Shown here one piece after another: positions 1 through 12,200 of a DNA stretch of 64,000 nucleotides. This DNA is from Botryllus schlosseri (Eukaryota). The stretch's first letter is position 1, and every line of letters starts with the position of its first letter. The DNA lies in contig CM119371.1 of assembly GCA_051294905.1 (NCBI GenBank), positions 26,662,001 through 26,726,000 of the forward strand. The letters are read 5' to 3'. The notes under the pieces were generated by a model, which searched no databases, was not told the DNA's origin, and was given only the letters and a program-made list of their open reading frames with translations. Position numbers and translations under genes: made by a program.

Positions 1-54
1 CACGGAACCGAGGCCAGTTGTTATTGTTTTGAGTTGCTTGCTGATGTCGTATAG

Positions 55-1600
55 CAGGGGTTCTCAACCCGCGGCCCGCGGGCCGCATGCGGCCCGCAGA
101 CGTATATTTTGCGGCCCGCGACATCTTTCATTATAAACGCAATTACTAATGACACGGTATTGTTACACATTGATTTAGATACTTCGCTCTTTTATCGCAC
201 CGTCTCTGTTTCGTTTGATTACTCATTCTTGAAGACAGTGGTTCTCAAACTGGGGGGGCGCCTCCCCTTGGGTGCGTGAAGCATCTGAAGGGGGCGCGAA
301 GCTGCGGTCAACTGAAAAAAAATTCGCGCTGCGCGCAATTTATCCCAATTCATAGTTATTTCTCTGTATATAGTCCGAATTCCTTATTTGAGAATTCTTT
401 AATCAACGGCTATAACCTTCTATGCTAGCATTCTGGTTGCATTTTGTTATATGACGATAAGGGGGCACGAAATTTTTCCCTATCAAAAGGGGGGGGGGGG
501 CGTGACTAAGGAAAGTTTGAGAACCACTGCTTCAATGTGTTCTCGTTTCTTGATATATGCTCGAATTCAGATTGTTATTGTTTTGAATGATTATTCAGCT
601 GGACTCTGGTTCAAGAGAATCCCGCTACTTAGTAGGCCTACACTTTTAAAGAGTGTTTTACTCACTGCGAACGGTTGTTGAGATTGCCGACGACGTTACA
701 GAAGCATCGTTTAAAATTGCTTCGAATATCACTAAACCCAAGAAATCTGATATAGAAGGTGCGATTTCAATGAAATTGTAACATACTTTGCTAATATTCG
801 CTGTTTCCGGAACTTAGCAGCAAAGACAACATCACCTGACAAATTTCCAAGATACAATCATTTGATTCAATCCTGACCAGACAAGTAACATCAATACCAG
901 TCAATCTTTAATCGCCTGTTCTGAAACACGTTGCAGCGTAGACTACTTTTACACAGCCTTGGATGAATCCACCGACATTGTATAACTAATTATTTGGTTG
1001 AATTTTATCAGAGTGGACATATATGTAGAGAAATGCTGGTTGGGCAAACGTTGAGAGGGGACCAGCGAAAAATATCAACTTGACAAAGCTGACTTCTGTA
1101 GCTATTGGTACAGGGCCCCAGGCATGAACGGAAAGGAGAAAGGTTGATTGGTTTGCTCAGAAATGCCCCCAAACACCAGACTTCTTCTCATATCACTCAG
1201 AGCTCAATGTGATAATGGTCTCAGTAAGGCAAAAGTTATATTAATTTTAAACTTGCTCGCCCACGCATTGGAACAGAGAGTTCGGCTCTCCGGTGGAAGG
1301 ATTTGAAGTTGCATATACTGACTTGACAACGAATGTAATGCACCCTCCATGAAGGGATTTGCATGCGTCGCTAGAAGATACATATTCTCACGAGCAGCAG
1401 CTGCAAACTTACGAACGCTGTCCATTATTACTTTATAATGCATAGAAATGTACTAAATGCCGGTATACGACTGGTAAATAGGCTACAATAGCCTAAATTT
1501 AATAGTAGCCCATGAATACAAGGTAACATTGTTCTGCGGCCCGCAGCGTCTTTTTCTGTTAAAATGCGGCCCGTGATACTAGGGAAGTTGAGAACCCCTG
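55..1600 (+). mobile_element. Non-autonomous hAT (Buster/Charlie-type) DNA transposon with transposase remnants
   Basis: TIRs CAGGGGTTCTCAAC (55) / GTTGAGAACCCCTG (1600). Perfect 8-bp TSD TCGTATAG at 47-54 and 1601-1608. Internal decayed motifs YFYTALDESTDI (~944-980) and a frameshifted TDGAPAMxG-like stretch (~1108-1155). Confidence 0.9.
236..529. mobile_element. hAT-type MITE nested in the 55-1600 element
   Basis: TIRs CAGTGGTTCTCAAAC / GTTTGAGAACCACTG. The TSD is only partly conserved (CTTGAAGA / CTTCAATG). Confidence 0.75.
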
Positions 1601-1608
1601 TCGTATAG

Positions 1609-2175
1609 TATGGTAGCGATGCTGTGAAGGAATACGGAATTGCTTGAGTTGTTGAAATTTACGGACGGATGATCAGAACGGAACCCCGAGGAAGTATCTG
1701 GCAAATGATCAGCACGTTATCGCAAAGTATTCGAAGAAATAGTGCGGCTGTGATACCGATTTTTGAAGACACAACTGCCCAGCATTTTGGCATATTAATT
1801 GATGAAGATTATGCTCTTGGAGATGCTGAATCTCCACTGAGGACCTATTACTCACGCCACTATTATGCCCAAGAACTTTGACCGAAAAAAGTCACTATTG
1901 TTTTCATGCATATCGTTACCCTCTGGCAGAGCGCAGTGCTACCCTCTGGCAGAGCGCAGTGCTTTGTGTTGAAGAAAATATCTCGCGCATTGGCTATATT
2001 CAAGGAAGAACCTCAGAATATCGATATGACAATAGCCTGCTTCTGCCTTTACAATCATAGCAATGCTGACAAGGCAGATGGAGCTGAATTTGATGACATA
2101 CTGCAACTGGAAGCATTGACCGCACTCCCTCAGTATCGACTCCTACAGAGAAATCTGCACGACAACGCATGATCT
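1609..2175 (+). pseudogene. PIF/Harbinger transposase (HARBI1-like) C-terminal remnant
   Basis: Frameshifted peptides YALGDAESPLRTY (cf. LGDSGYPL), RAQCFVLKKISRAL (cf. ERAFGxLKxRFRxL) and IACFCLYN (cf. IxACxxLHN), in the expected order. Confidence 0.7.
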
Positions 2176-2666
2176 AGAGATTTTTGCAATACATTTGATT
2201 ACATTCCAAAACATACTCGTGCTTTATTTCTTGTGACACGTTAAAATGAGGTAAAATGTGCATTATGGCTTCAAGTAAGTTCAAGTTCATAAATTTGGAC
2301 ACAAGATAGCGAAGTTATTGCAAGGGGCTTGGAAAACTGGAGCAGGCGAACATGAACAGCTGAACAAAATTGAATCAAATGTACAAAAGACATGTTTTGA
2401 CTCTAGATTTGGCTAGCGTCAAATTAATGTTGTTCAGCATCTTCTATAATTATTAACGTTGAGACCATGCTCAACTTGTTTCATTCTCTTCTGCTTTATC
2501 ACTGATTTTCAAATCTTCGCTGCTTCATAGTTGACTTCGGGCCTGGACTTCGGTGACCTGTTGGTAGAGATATAACTGATAAATTTCGATAAATTTTATA
2601 CTGTTGCTATCCATACAAAACTCAATAGTCTATTGTAATACATAGCATCAGCAAACTATACGAATG

Positions 2667-2744
2667 TTAATAGCAATAATAATGAGATAATAATTAATAG
2701 CAATAATAATGAGATAATAATTAATAGCAATAATAATGAGATAA
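2667..2744. repeat. 27-bp tandem repeat, ~3 copies
   Basis: TTAATAGCAATAATAATGAGATAATAA x3; it produces the YYLIIIAIN repeat in ORF 2648-3034. Confidence 0.95.
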
Positions 2745-5699
2745 CAAACAGACAATTGATGGCCTAGTAATGAATGCAAACTTACCTTGATTTGGTTGGA
2801 AATGTTGCCCAAACAACTAGCAGATGCAGCTCCCACTGCTACTCCATAAGTTGGCACATCAGATGGGTCAGCATCTATCACAAAACAACTTATCAAGCAT
2901 GGTATAAATATGAATGGAAATGACATACTTACAGCCCAGTGTTGGTATCGTGGTGCGAGGAACTGGATAAAGCTCAAGCACAGTGCTTTCAGAAAAACCT
3001 TAATATAAAAGGAACTGGATATTGGTATGCGCATTCACACTCACATATACGGATAGATAGATAAATACCTATTTGATGGCTTGGCACATCACTGCTCGTT
3101 TGATTTTCTCTGTGTTCCAAAAGAATGGTGCTATCATTTGTTTCACAGCCTGCAGCTCACTCTGGTGGCACATTGCACAGCTATATAATAATTTTTACAT
3201 GGACTGATTATGCTACTATGTCGATACTATGACAGGGTAGCAAATCTGTGAAAATCAATGTTGAATTGACATATATCTCAAAACATTTGGATTACTGAAG
3301 CGTTAGCATGTACTGCACTTTGAATATTATTGGCATATATCACTTCACATCAATGGCCCCTTTAAGCTGCATACATGCGCAAATGCGCAGTGCTGACACG
3401 GTTTATGCACACAGAAAATCTGAAGTCATGACCCTTTTTTAGTCGTTACGCACTGTTTTCCGAGGGTCTGCGTAGTGCAGTGGTTCCCAACCTGTGGTAC
3501 GCGTACCACTAGTGGTACGCGAAGGTCTGCCAGATGGTACGCGAGCAGATTCTGCTTTTTTCGGTCGAATGGAGTTATTATTCCAGGTGGTGGTGATTTT
3601 AAGTTTTTTGTTGTTATTTCATTATGTTGTTCTTCTTGCGACTGGTGGTGAAAAAACAATTCCACGCATTCCATCAACCCTGGCTGATATTGCCAAGTTC
3701 AGGGCTCGGCAACCTTACGCATGCAGATTGCCAAAATGACAAAATATTACCAACTCGCGTGCCAAACATTTTTAATTTTGTCATATTTTCGTTTCAAGCA
3801 AGGAATCTCACCAACCGCTTAATTTCAGCTGGCAAGTACGGCATCAGTTACGCCAGTGAGTCTTAAAGTAGCCTATTGGTCGCAAAGGGAATAAATTTTG
3901 GTCGCTCCCGCACTACATGTAATATGCTTAATATACGTAATATATGAATCATTTATTTTTAGTCGCGCTGTGATCAATAGCCTATTCTGTGGTTGCTTTG
4001 ATCGTTTCCAAGTCCGCTGTATTCGGTTCCATATAGCCAATAAATGACAGGCACATAAATGTTGTTACGATGATATGGCCTGATGATGAAAAATGTGCCC
4101 AACCCTGTATCGTACATGTCGGTTTGATGTCACATTAGGGTTGGTCTGGCACTAGATTTGTCTGCAAAGCACGAAAGGTTGCGGTAAAGCGGTCAAGGTC
4201 GTTGCTCCAGATATATTGGTATCGATAAGACGTATCAGACGAAACTAAAAGAATATTTCCTTTCGTGATACGAACACGATTCCAAATTCGAAGTTCGACA
4301 CCGGACTCATTATTATCTTCGGCGGACCTCATTTGATACGTGGGGACCAAGCTGGGGCGAATTTACCATACGGCGCATGGGCAGTGTACACATCAATGTC
4401 GAACGTTTTGACCGGAATGTAGCGGTTATTTTATTCATTAGCGCCCCCATTCATTTTGACAGCGCACTAACCGCACGGAGTCGAATGGTCGCATGTTTCC
4501 CAGAAACGTTATGTCCAGGTCATGTCTCCTAGCGTGAAAATGCTCAGCGCCGAAATGCCGGTTCATATAGCATACTATAGTCGTGCTCCCGCAGGCTGCA
4601 CTTAAGCGTTCGACCGTTTTCATACGACATTATAAATTGCCATTCTTTCATAACTGCTAATACGGGTGGACTCATTTCTGCACATTATGCAAATTTAAAA
4701 AATATACTAAAGAAATCTGGTCCCAGTAAATCACGCAAAGCGCGGAAAATTTTGCTAGATAAATAAAATCTGCCAAAAAGACTCTATTTAGTGTTGATTT
4801 GCGAAATAATTTGGGGTCGCAGTAGTATAGTTGGTATCGTTTGTTACCGCCCCTCAGGCTATTTAGAATGTAAACACTCTCATAATATAATTAACGTCGG
4901 ACTATGGCCGGTCCATGCATCCGAGAAATAAATAACATTCATTATACGTTAGATGATACTTTCCTTAGATAATATAGTATGTGTATTTAGGACTAATATT
5001 CTAATATGTGTATTTAGGACTAATGCGACTACTTCGAAAACGCGTACTGATCTGTTTTTGGGAATATGAATTCTCGCTTATTCTTATGTGAATTTAGAAC
5101 TTTGTATTTTCGCGGATCAATAATTAATTAATGTTCATTTATAAACGCGTAACAGAAATCACGCAAAAGTCGATATTACTTTGTGATGATTTTGATGTTG
5201 TTCCATACCGATTGGGAAGATAGCACACTCAATTTCGTAACCAACTACATAATCCCTAGTTACGTAGTCAGACGCATAACGGCATTTACGCAAAATCGGT
5301 ATTGCTTAGCGATAATTTTGATCACTATGTTTTATCGCTCGCCGCCAGACTATTGCCGTTTGTATTTATGAACAAATTTCGAAAACTATGATGTCTACGC
5401 AAGACTATATTCGCAAGATATTCTATTATGTGTATTTAGGACTGTGTATTTTCGCGGATAGTATGAGCTCTCAGATAACACTCATCCACATTGAACTATA
5501 GGCGTGGTTATTTGATGATGTATTAAAATTCTACGCACATTTCGCGCGATCAACATAATATTAATACCTAGTAACGATTCAACTTCATGACATTTTCAGT
5601 ATTAAACAGAAATATAGACCTAGAATACTAACTTTTATTCATTAACGTAGTAAAACGCATAACAGAATTCACGCAAAAGTCGATCGGTATTTGCAATAA

Positions 5700-6060
5700 A
5701 GCCTAAAAATTAGAGTCGCATCTTTTCGCAATTTATGCAGCTATTCGCGTAGACTTTGCCGCATTTGCTGTATCTGAAGTAGAATTTCAGCGTCGTTATT
5801 CGCTATAAGCCGGGAAATGCACCTTCGCGCAATTTATATAGCCAAACGCATTAACTTTTCTGCATCTGAAGTAGAATTTCAGCGTCGTTATTTGTTATAA
5901 GCCGAGAAATGTACCTTCGCGCAATTTTTACAGGCAGTCTCACCCACTTTGCTGCGTCTGAAGTAGAATTTCAGCGTCGTTGTTTGCTATAAGCCGGGAA
6001 ATTAGAGTCGCTGCTTCGCGCCATTTTACAGCCAGTCTCACACACTTTGCTGCATCTGAG
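5700..6060. repeat. ~92-98-bp tandem repeat, ~3.5-4 units (mirror at ~23693-24053)
   Basis: TCTGAAGTAGAATTTCAGCGTCGTT recurs at 5773, 5865 and 5957, with a partial copy at 6055. Confidence 0.9.
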
Positions 6061-7140
6061 CTTCATACTAATACATGCATAATTTTTGCATGACGAGAAT
6101 ACGGGTAATACGGTCAATAAACGCCGGAGGCGAGTCATTTAAACCTTGTTGCTAGATAATACCGCTTTCGGCTACAACAAAGTTGCCCTGCAACAAAAAA
6201 TAGAAGCCCTAATGATCATGCAGAGGAAAGTTCAATTATACATCGAATTATTCGAATAGACTATCTACATTGTATAGGTATGAAGTGAAATAGAACGGAG
6301 TTTACGCAAAAGCTGCTATTGATCATAGACCAAGCTTGCTTTCAGAGCTGGAAATTAAATGCACATGAAAATTTAACTAGGTTTCTCCCACACGCATCAA
6401 ATGTAGGCCTACTCAAGTGTTTATGAGGTGGCGAATAGTTCGAAGGTTGTTGGCATGCAAGGACGTCACATAGAATTGTGGAGTTTTCTGTAAACTATAA
6501 TCCAGTGATCTATTTTCAATCACTATACTTTTAATAATCTAAAGTAAGTAGCCTACTTGAATGTCATTAAAGAAAGCAGATTTGTATGAAAACTCGTTAA
6601 ATAGAAGTAAAAGTAGCCTAGAAACATGACTACTTACTGAAAAATCGTTACGTAGAAGTGGGGTTAGTCTACGAACATAACCACTTACTTACTTTGAAAT
6701 CTCTACTTGTACTTGTATTCGTACTTTACCTTTACACGTCGTTTTTTGTATAATGGATACTAATTTTATTAAAAATTAATAAAGTGCGAAAAATTACATT
6801 TTATCCCGGAACGTAGCAGGAAAAATCGTATAAATTTTGTAAAGTAGATGGAAAACTACACTATTCCGATGCAGTAAAGACTCTTACACTCTGGATTTTG
6901 TGCAGTATATACTAATTTTCCATTGCGGAGTATTCCATAAACGTTAATCCAGTGATCCTCCTTCTATTTTCAATCACGATCCGCTTATTATTCTAGGCTT
7001 CGAACCCCACACCCAGTACGTTTTACGGGGATTATTATTTTTGGAATAAATATAGCGTATCGAGACTTCATGAAACTTACTTGGAAATAGTTATTTCTAC
7101 CCTAATTTAATAGATTTCTCAGATATCGTAGCAACGGAAC

Positions 7141-7193
7141 TGGCTTGAGCGAGCGGTTAAGGCGTTGGACTTGAGTTTCAATGAACAAGTGTT
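7141..7193 (+). pseudogene. 5' part of a tRNA-Leu-like sequence (D arm, anticodon arm reading TGA, long variable arm); mirror at 22560-22612
   Basis: GCGAGCGGTTAAGGCGTTGGACTTGAGTTTCAATGAACAAGTGTT resembles the eukaryotic tRNA-Leu(TAA) pattern GCCGAGTGGTTAAGGCGTTGGACTTAAGATCCAAT. Confidence 0.7.
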
Positions 7194-7199
7194 ATAAGT

Positions 7200-7853
7200 T
7201 ACTCATGTTTACAACACAACCTAAACGCAAAGTGCACGAATTTCCATATTGATCAAATACCACAAACTTTGCTGGCTTTCAGAGTTAGTAACTAAGCGCG
7301 TAACAGAATTTACCTAAAAAAGTCAGTACTCCAAAATTTTTGTAAAGTATAGCTTTTTGGCGTTGGATTTAAGTTCCAATGAACAAGTGTTCACATATAG
7401 GTTCGAATCCCACACCCACTACGTTTTACGAGAATTAATATTTTTGGATTCAAATTTAGCGTATTGAGTACTTTTTCTGCCTTTTTCAGCGCATTAGAGA
7501 CGTTTACACTATGGATTTCGTGAGCTTTACTTGAGTTTTATAAATTAACGTAAAAGTAGTCATTTCCGAGTAAGTAAAACGTTCGTATTGTAGGTTCATT
7601 TCTGCTTAATACTATAATTACCATGGAGTTGAAGCAGTCCAATATCAAAAACACCCGAAAGTATTTGTTGCATATAGCTAAAAACCTAATTGAGTACTCT
7701 GAAGAAGTACAAGTTGCACAGTTTGTGGTATTTCTATGACATCGAAATTTAGCTGACCAGAACTTATACTTGAGTACTTCGAAATGTACAAGTACTTTAC
7801 CTTCACACGACGTTTCTGTAAAATGAATACTGATTTTATTAAAAAATAAAAAA
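7200..7853 (+). repeat. ~650-bp internal direct repeat, copy 1 (copy 2 at ~13352-13993; both mirrored in the right arm)
   Basis: Near-identical from TACTCA(T/C)GTTTACAACACAAC to TTTTATTAAAAAATAAAAAA. Confidence 0.92.
7359..7420 (+). pseudogene. 3' two-thirds of a tRNA-Leu(TAA)-like sequence; mirror at 22333-22394
   Basis: Anticodon stem-loop TTGGA-TTTAAGT-TCCAA, variable stem TGAAC-AAGT-GTTCA, and B-box GGTTCGAATCC. Confidence 0.75.
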
Positions 7854-8629
7854 GCACGAAAAATTACATTTTATCCCAAACCATCAGAATACTAAAGTAG
7901 CTTATCACGTATATGGACCTAATACTAAAGTGTTTATGATTTCCGTTCGCTTCAACTTCATGACATTTTCAGTATTAAACAGAATTATAGGCCTAGAATG
8001 CTAACTTTCTTCGTAAATTGGTACTTCTGCCTTAATTTAACGGATTTATCTGAGATCATTGCTTTACTTAATCTCTCCAAAATGTGCATTATACTAGTAC
8101 GTCACCATGTTTGTATGACATCAAAATTTACGTACTTTTCGCTTACCTTATGTTAATAGTGTTCCTCGTCTATCTACACTGTTAAAAAAATACCAGTAAA
8201 TTTACTGCTCAAATAGCAGGCAGCAGTTTTACTGCAATTTGTAAATGTAATTACTGCTTCTAGAAAGTCAATCAAATTACGGTGTTACAGCAGTAAGATT
8301 TATTACTTGTTTGCTAGTAAATTTACTGCAATAGCAGTAAGATCTATTACTGGTTTGCTAGTAAATTTACTGCCTATTGTAAAACTAAAAACTGCTTCCA
8401 GAAGGTAAATGAAATTACGGCTAATAGCAGTAGGATTAATACTGTTTCCTAGTAAATTTACTGCCAATTTGTAAAACTAAATACGACTCTTTGGCGCAAT
8501 ACGGAATCACGGCATATATGTTGCCTGATTCGCTGGTAAATCCACAGACAATTTCCTCGACCCCAGACCTGGCCACGAGCCCACACTAATCATCAATTGC
8601 AGCGTCGAAGCATTTATTGATGTATTCAT

Positions 8630-11600
8630 GGAGCTTTTTTCAGCAACTTTGCAAACTTGATCACTTTAGGGTAAACGTCAGTTTGTCTTCTTTTAGATGA
8701 CTTTTGAGCCTTGCTCTGCTATCCCAGCAAAGTACCTGTAAATGAAATAGATATTACTAACAAGGAAATAGAATCAAAGATTGCCAGCTGTGAGTAATGG
8801 TGTATTCTAGCACAGGGGTGGCCAAGCTTTTCAGCCTATGGGCCGCATAAGATTTACGAACCATTGCGCAGGCCACGTCAATATTGATGACCATTCAGTA
8901 GTCCTCCAATGAAGAGCGAACCAGATGAGGTAACGGTGAAAACGACACTAATATTACAGCGCATCAAAATCGATAACAATTGTGTTATTAAAATACGGAG
9001 TACATAGTCGCGGCAAGCGCGAAAATTTCTCAAGGTAATGAATGAATTCGGACTTCGGTCAATAATAATGGCACTTGAAATATTGTGGGTCATCTCCATA
9101 TCGCGCTGGGCTCATTTGGCTTGGCAATGACTGGATTGATTATATTGATATTTTAGTCATCAACATCCTGTATTTCACAGTCAGGCTGATCAATTTTTGG
9201 TTGGCCTTGCAAGTTCACAATAAATTACCTGGGTAATATATTTTTTGAAATTATAACTAACTTCGAGAATTACTTCGTGCGCCACTCAAATTCTTCTCGC
9301 GGGCCACGGTTTGGCCATCCCTGATTTACTTTGACCAGGGTTGGCCAATTTAGAAAATTACACCGTGGCTGGTCACTCTCACGGGGCCCTCGGGTTGGCG
9401 AAGCACTACGAAGCACTTCTACACAAGCATTTTAGTGGTTATGGGATGCATCAATTAGGTAATTGATTACTTCTACTCGAGTAGCATCAGAGACTGCTTG
9501 GGACAAGAATTAAAGATAGAAGTTGTCGTCTTGTAAAGCATGGAAGGTAGGCATAGTCGAGATCAGCACTGTTTCGGGGAGTCTAGGTGCACAATTATTA
9601 TCAAATAAATTCAGTATAATCTGTTTCAATTGTGGTCTCACTCTCGCTCATAGCTCACCTTTGCATGAACCTTTGCTGTTGCTTCTTCTGGGTACTCCAT
9701 ATTGAAGACATAGAAGTAGACGAAGAAATAAGCTACTGCAGAGTAGAAGGATTCCGTCGAATAAATGATCGATTTTTCGGCGGTTACCGGAAACTTTTCT
9801 GTAGAGTGGACAGTCGAGCCTAAAAATGCACGGGTATTATAGTCACATCAGCATCCTAATAAATTATCCAATTTAGAGGTGTTTATGGTAAACCAGTGTT
9901 GGAATGACTCGAGTCATGACTTGACTCGAGTCACCTTTTTCGTACGATTCGACTTGACTCGTGTCAATTTGCTAAAATGACTTGACGTATCAGAAAGTTG
10001 AACTGACTCGTGACTCGGGGCCTAATTCACGAGTCAATTTCAAGTCATAAAGTTATCAAATAAAGTTGCCAAATTCTCAGTGACTTAAATTGTGAGTTTT
10101 GTTCGATGCATTCCGTCGGACGGACTGGTAGCGCAGTTACACTTTCGAATGATCGTACCGTTTCAAGACTCCATTTAATAACTCGACTACTTGGTTTGAT
10201 AATAATGAGTGCAGGGCAAAATAGGATTAACACTGCAAGTACCCCAGCGGCATGTAGTGAAGTGCGTTTCCGGGCGACAGTGACGTCATCGATAAGGAAA
10301 AATTATGACGTCGCATGACTCTCGTAAAAAAATAAAAGTCGGCGCCTATGATGGTAAATAATTCCTCTTTTATATGAGTGCTCACTACTCATGTAGATTT
10401 GGCCAACTGGCTACACCAACTTTCGACGCTAATTCCTAAAATTATATAACGCGTGTCGCTAACGTGTTTATGTAATCATAGGCATAAAATGTCACTTCCA
10501 AAACTATTGCATTGCAATCTAAACAATGACTTACCGAATGCGATCAAGAACGAATGGTATGGAGCCTCCTCCACAAAGTCTTCTTGAACACTTTCCTGAA
10601 AACAGATATGGATTATTAGTTATTAAAGCACACCTTCATCGACATCACTTGGACTTGTTCGATTGCTGGAGCAAGGCACATTGATTCGACTACTCGAATC
10701 TTAATCAAGTATTAATTCTAATGATTTGAGTCGAGTAGAAGACATTTTTTCGTGTACTGAAAGTATACGCGTCCCTCCACTGAAAGTTGATTTATCAACG
10801 AGAATTATAGTTTCGATACTAATTTATATTTTTTGAAGCTTTGAAACATTGATTGTACCATATATCAAAGTGTACGATACATAGCCTATAGTACAAAAGC
10901 TAACAAGGTTACTGGACGTTGAACATTTCCGAAGTCCTGAACAACATTTTAAGATTTGGACTAGGAATGTCCTTTCATGAATTGAGGAATGGACAAGAAG
11001 GACAAGAAGGCACACAAGGGGAATTAACGCACAAATCCTGGTATAGGCTAACATCTAAAAAAAGGCTTTTTGCTTACCATTCGCCAGAATATAACTCCAG
11101 CATGCCAATAGACTAGTGGCCGTATATGATTGTGATTGAAGCATTTTGCATATTGTCGAAACTCTTTCCATCGTGGTGACAACCTTCAGTGACTTCACGT
11201 TTTTCAACGCCCTGCAAAGAGAACGGGCACCTTTTATAAAATGTAAGATGACAGTGAAGTGAAGAGAGTTGTCTGCAAACATTCACAACTCAATATTGAA
11301 ACGCAACTAATTTTGAGGAGCTTTTCTCGGCGACAGACTATGTAATCACAATCGAGATATATAGTGACTAAGCATTATCTATATCAAAATATAGGGATAG
11401 CTATTTATACTTACTTTTGAATGAGGCACCAGTTACCGTCCATCATGCGAATGGTGTGTTCCTTTCCATCAACCCTACCAGTAAGCTTGGAATAATGCGC
11501 AAGCGCAACCATATACTGATCTTCAAACAGGATGAGCCACTTAATCCTGATTGCGGATACCGACGCACGTTCACTGATTATTGATCGCTCCAGCGGATAA

Positions 11601-12200
11601 GTTGTTGTCATCAATGATCTCGCTCTTCCAGTGTCTCGTACGGTTTTCCTGATTTCTTCGAGCAGCCATTGCTGGTCTATTTCTAATTCTTTCAGATTAT
11701 TAGTATAGGGGGCGACCAATTAATGCAGCCGTATTCTTGCACATCATTCTTTTTTATTTTATTAACACTTGAATTGTTCATATTCTGGTCCTTCGATTTA
11801 TTCTTTCGCCGTTGATTTTCCACTCTATTATATAGTTGGCTCGCAAGTGAATCGTGACGACTGCCGATACAAACACCACAAGTGATATAATAATTCCCCG
11901 ATTCATAGCTCCGTTTACACTTCACAGCATTGGTATCAAGCACCCGGTCGTCAGCAATTGAACTATTCAACGCATTTTCAGTACCATAGTAAGCAGAACC
12001 ATATTTTCATGGTGTTCAATAACGGTATGATTTCGGCTAACGTGGCTCGAAAACGACGAAACCACAGCATACCTTTAAGAACCGCTGCAAAATGCGCGGA
12101 CATTAAACTATAATTCCAGATCGAATATGGCCTTTCAAGTGACAAAACAGCAGATGTTGACGCCTTGACGGGAGTTTCATTCCACAAATTCTCACAGGGC
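8630..12200 (-). pseudogene. Spliced, decayed accessory gene of an animal EnSpm-type element (SAMD3-like uncharacterised family)
   Basis: Peptides IGSRHDSLASQLYNRVENQRR...EYGCINWSP and TYPLERSII...KWLILF...HYSKLTG. Exons 10535-10595 (ESVQEDFVEEAPYHSFLIAF), 9659-9819 (AYFFVYFYVFNMEYPEEA...FMQR) and ~8640-8735 (YFAGI..GSK...PKV) have canonical AG/GT edges. Family assignment is from recalled motifs only. Confidence 0.65.
8813..9323. mobile_element. hAT-type MITE nested in the EnSpm element; related copy at ~58323-58700
   Basis: TIRs CAGGGGTGGCCAA / TTGGCCATCCCTG. Internal sequence (AAGAGCGAACC, GCATCAAAATCGATA, CGCTGGGCTCATTTGGC) is shared with 58323 onward. Confidence 0.7.

Noticed and set aside
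5700..6060. CRISPR-like array
   Set aside because: The intervening sequences are similar to each other, so this is a tandem repeat. No cas genes; eukaryotic context.
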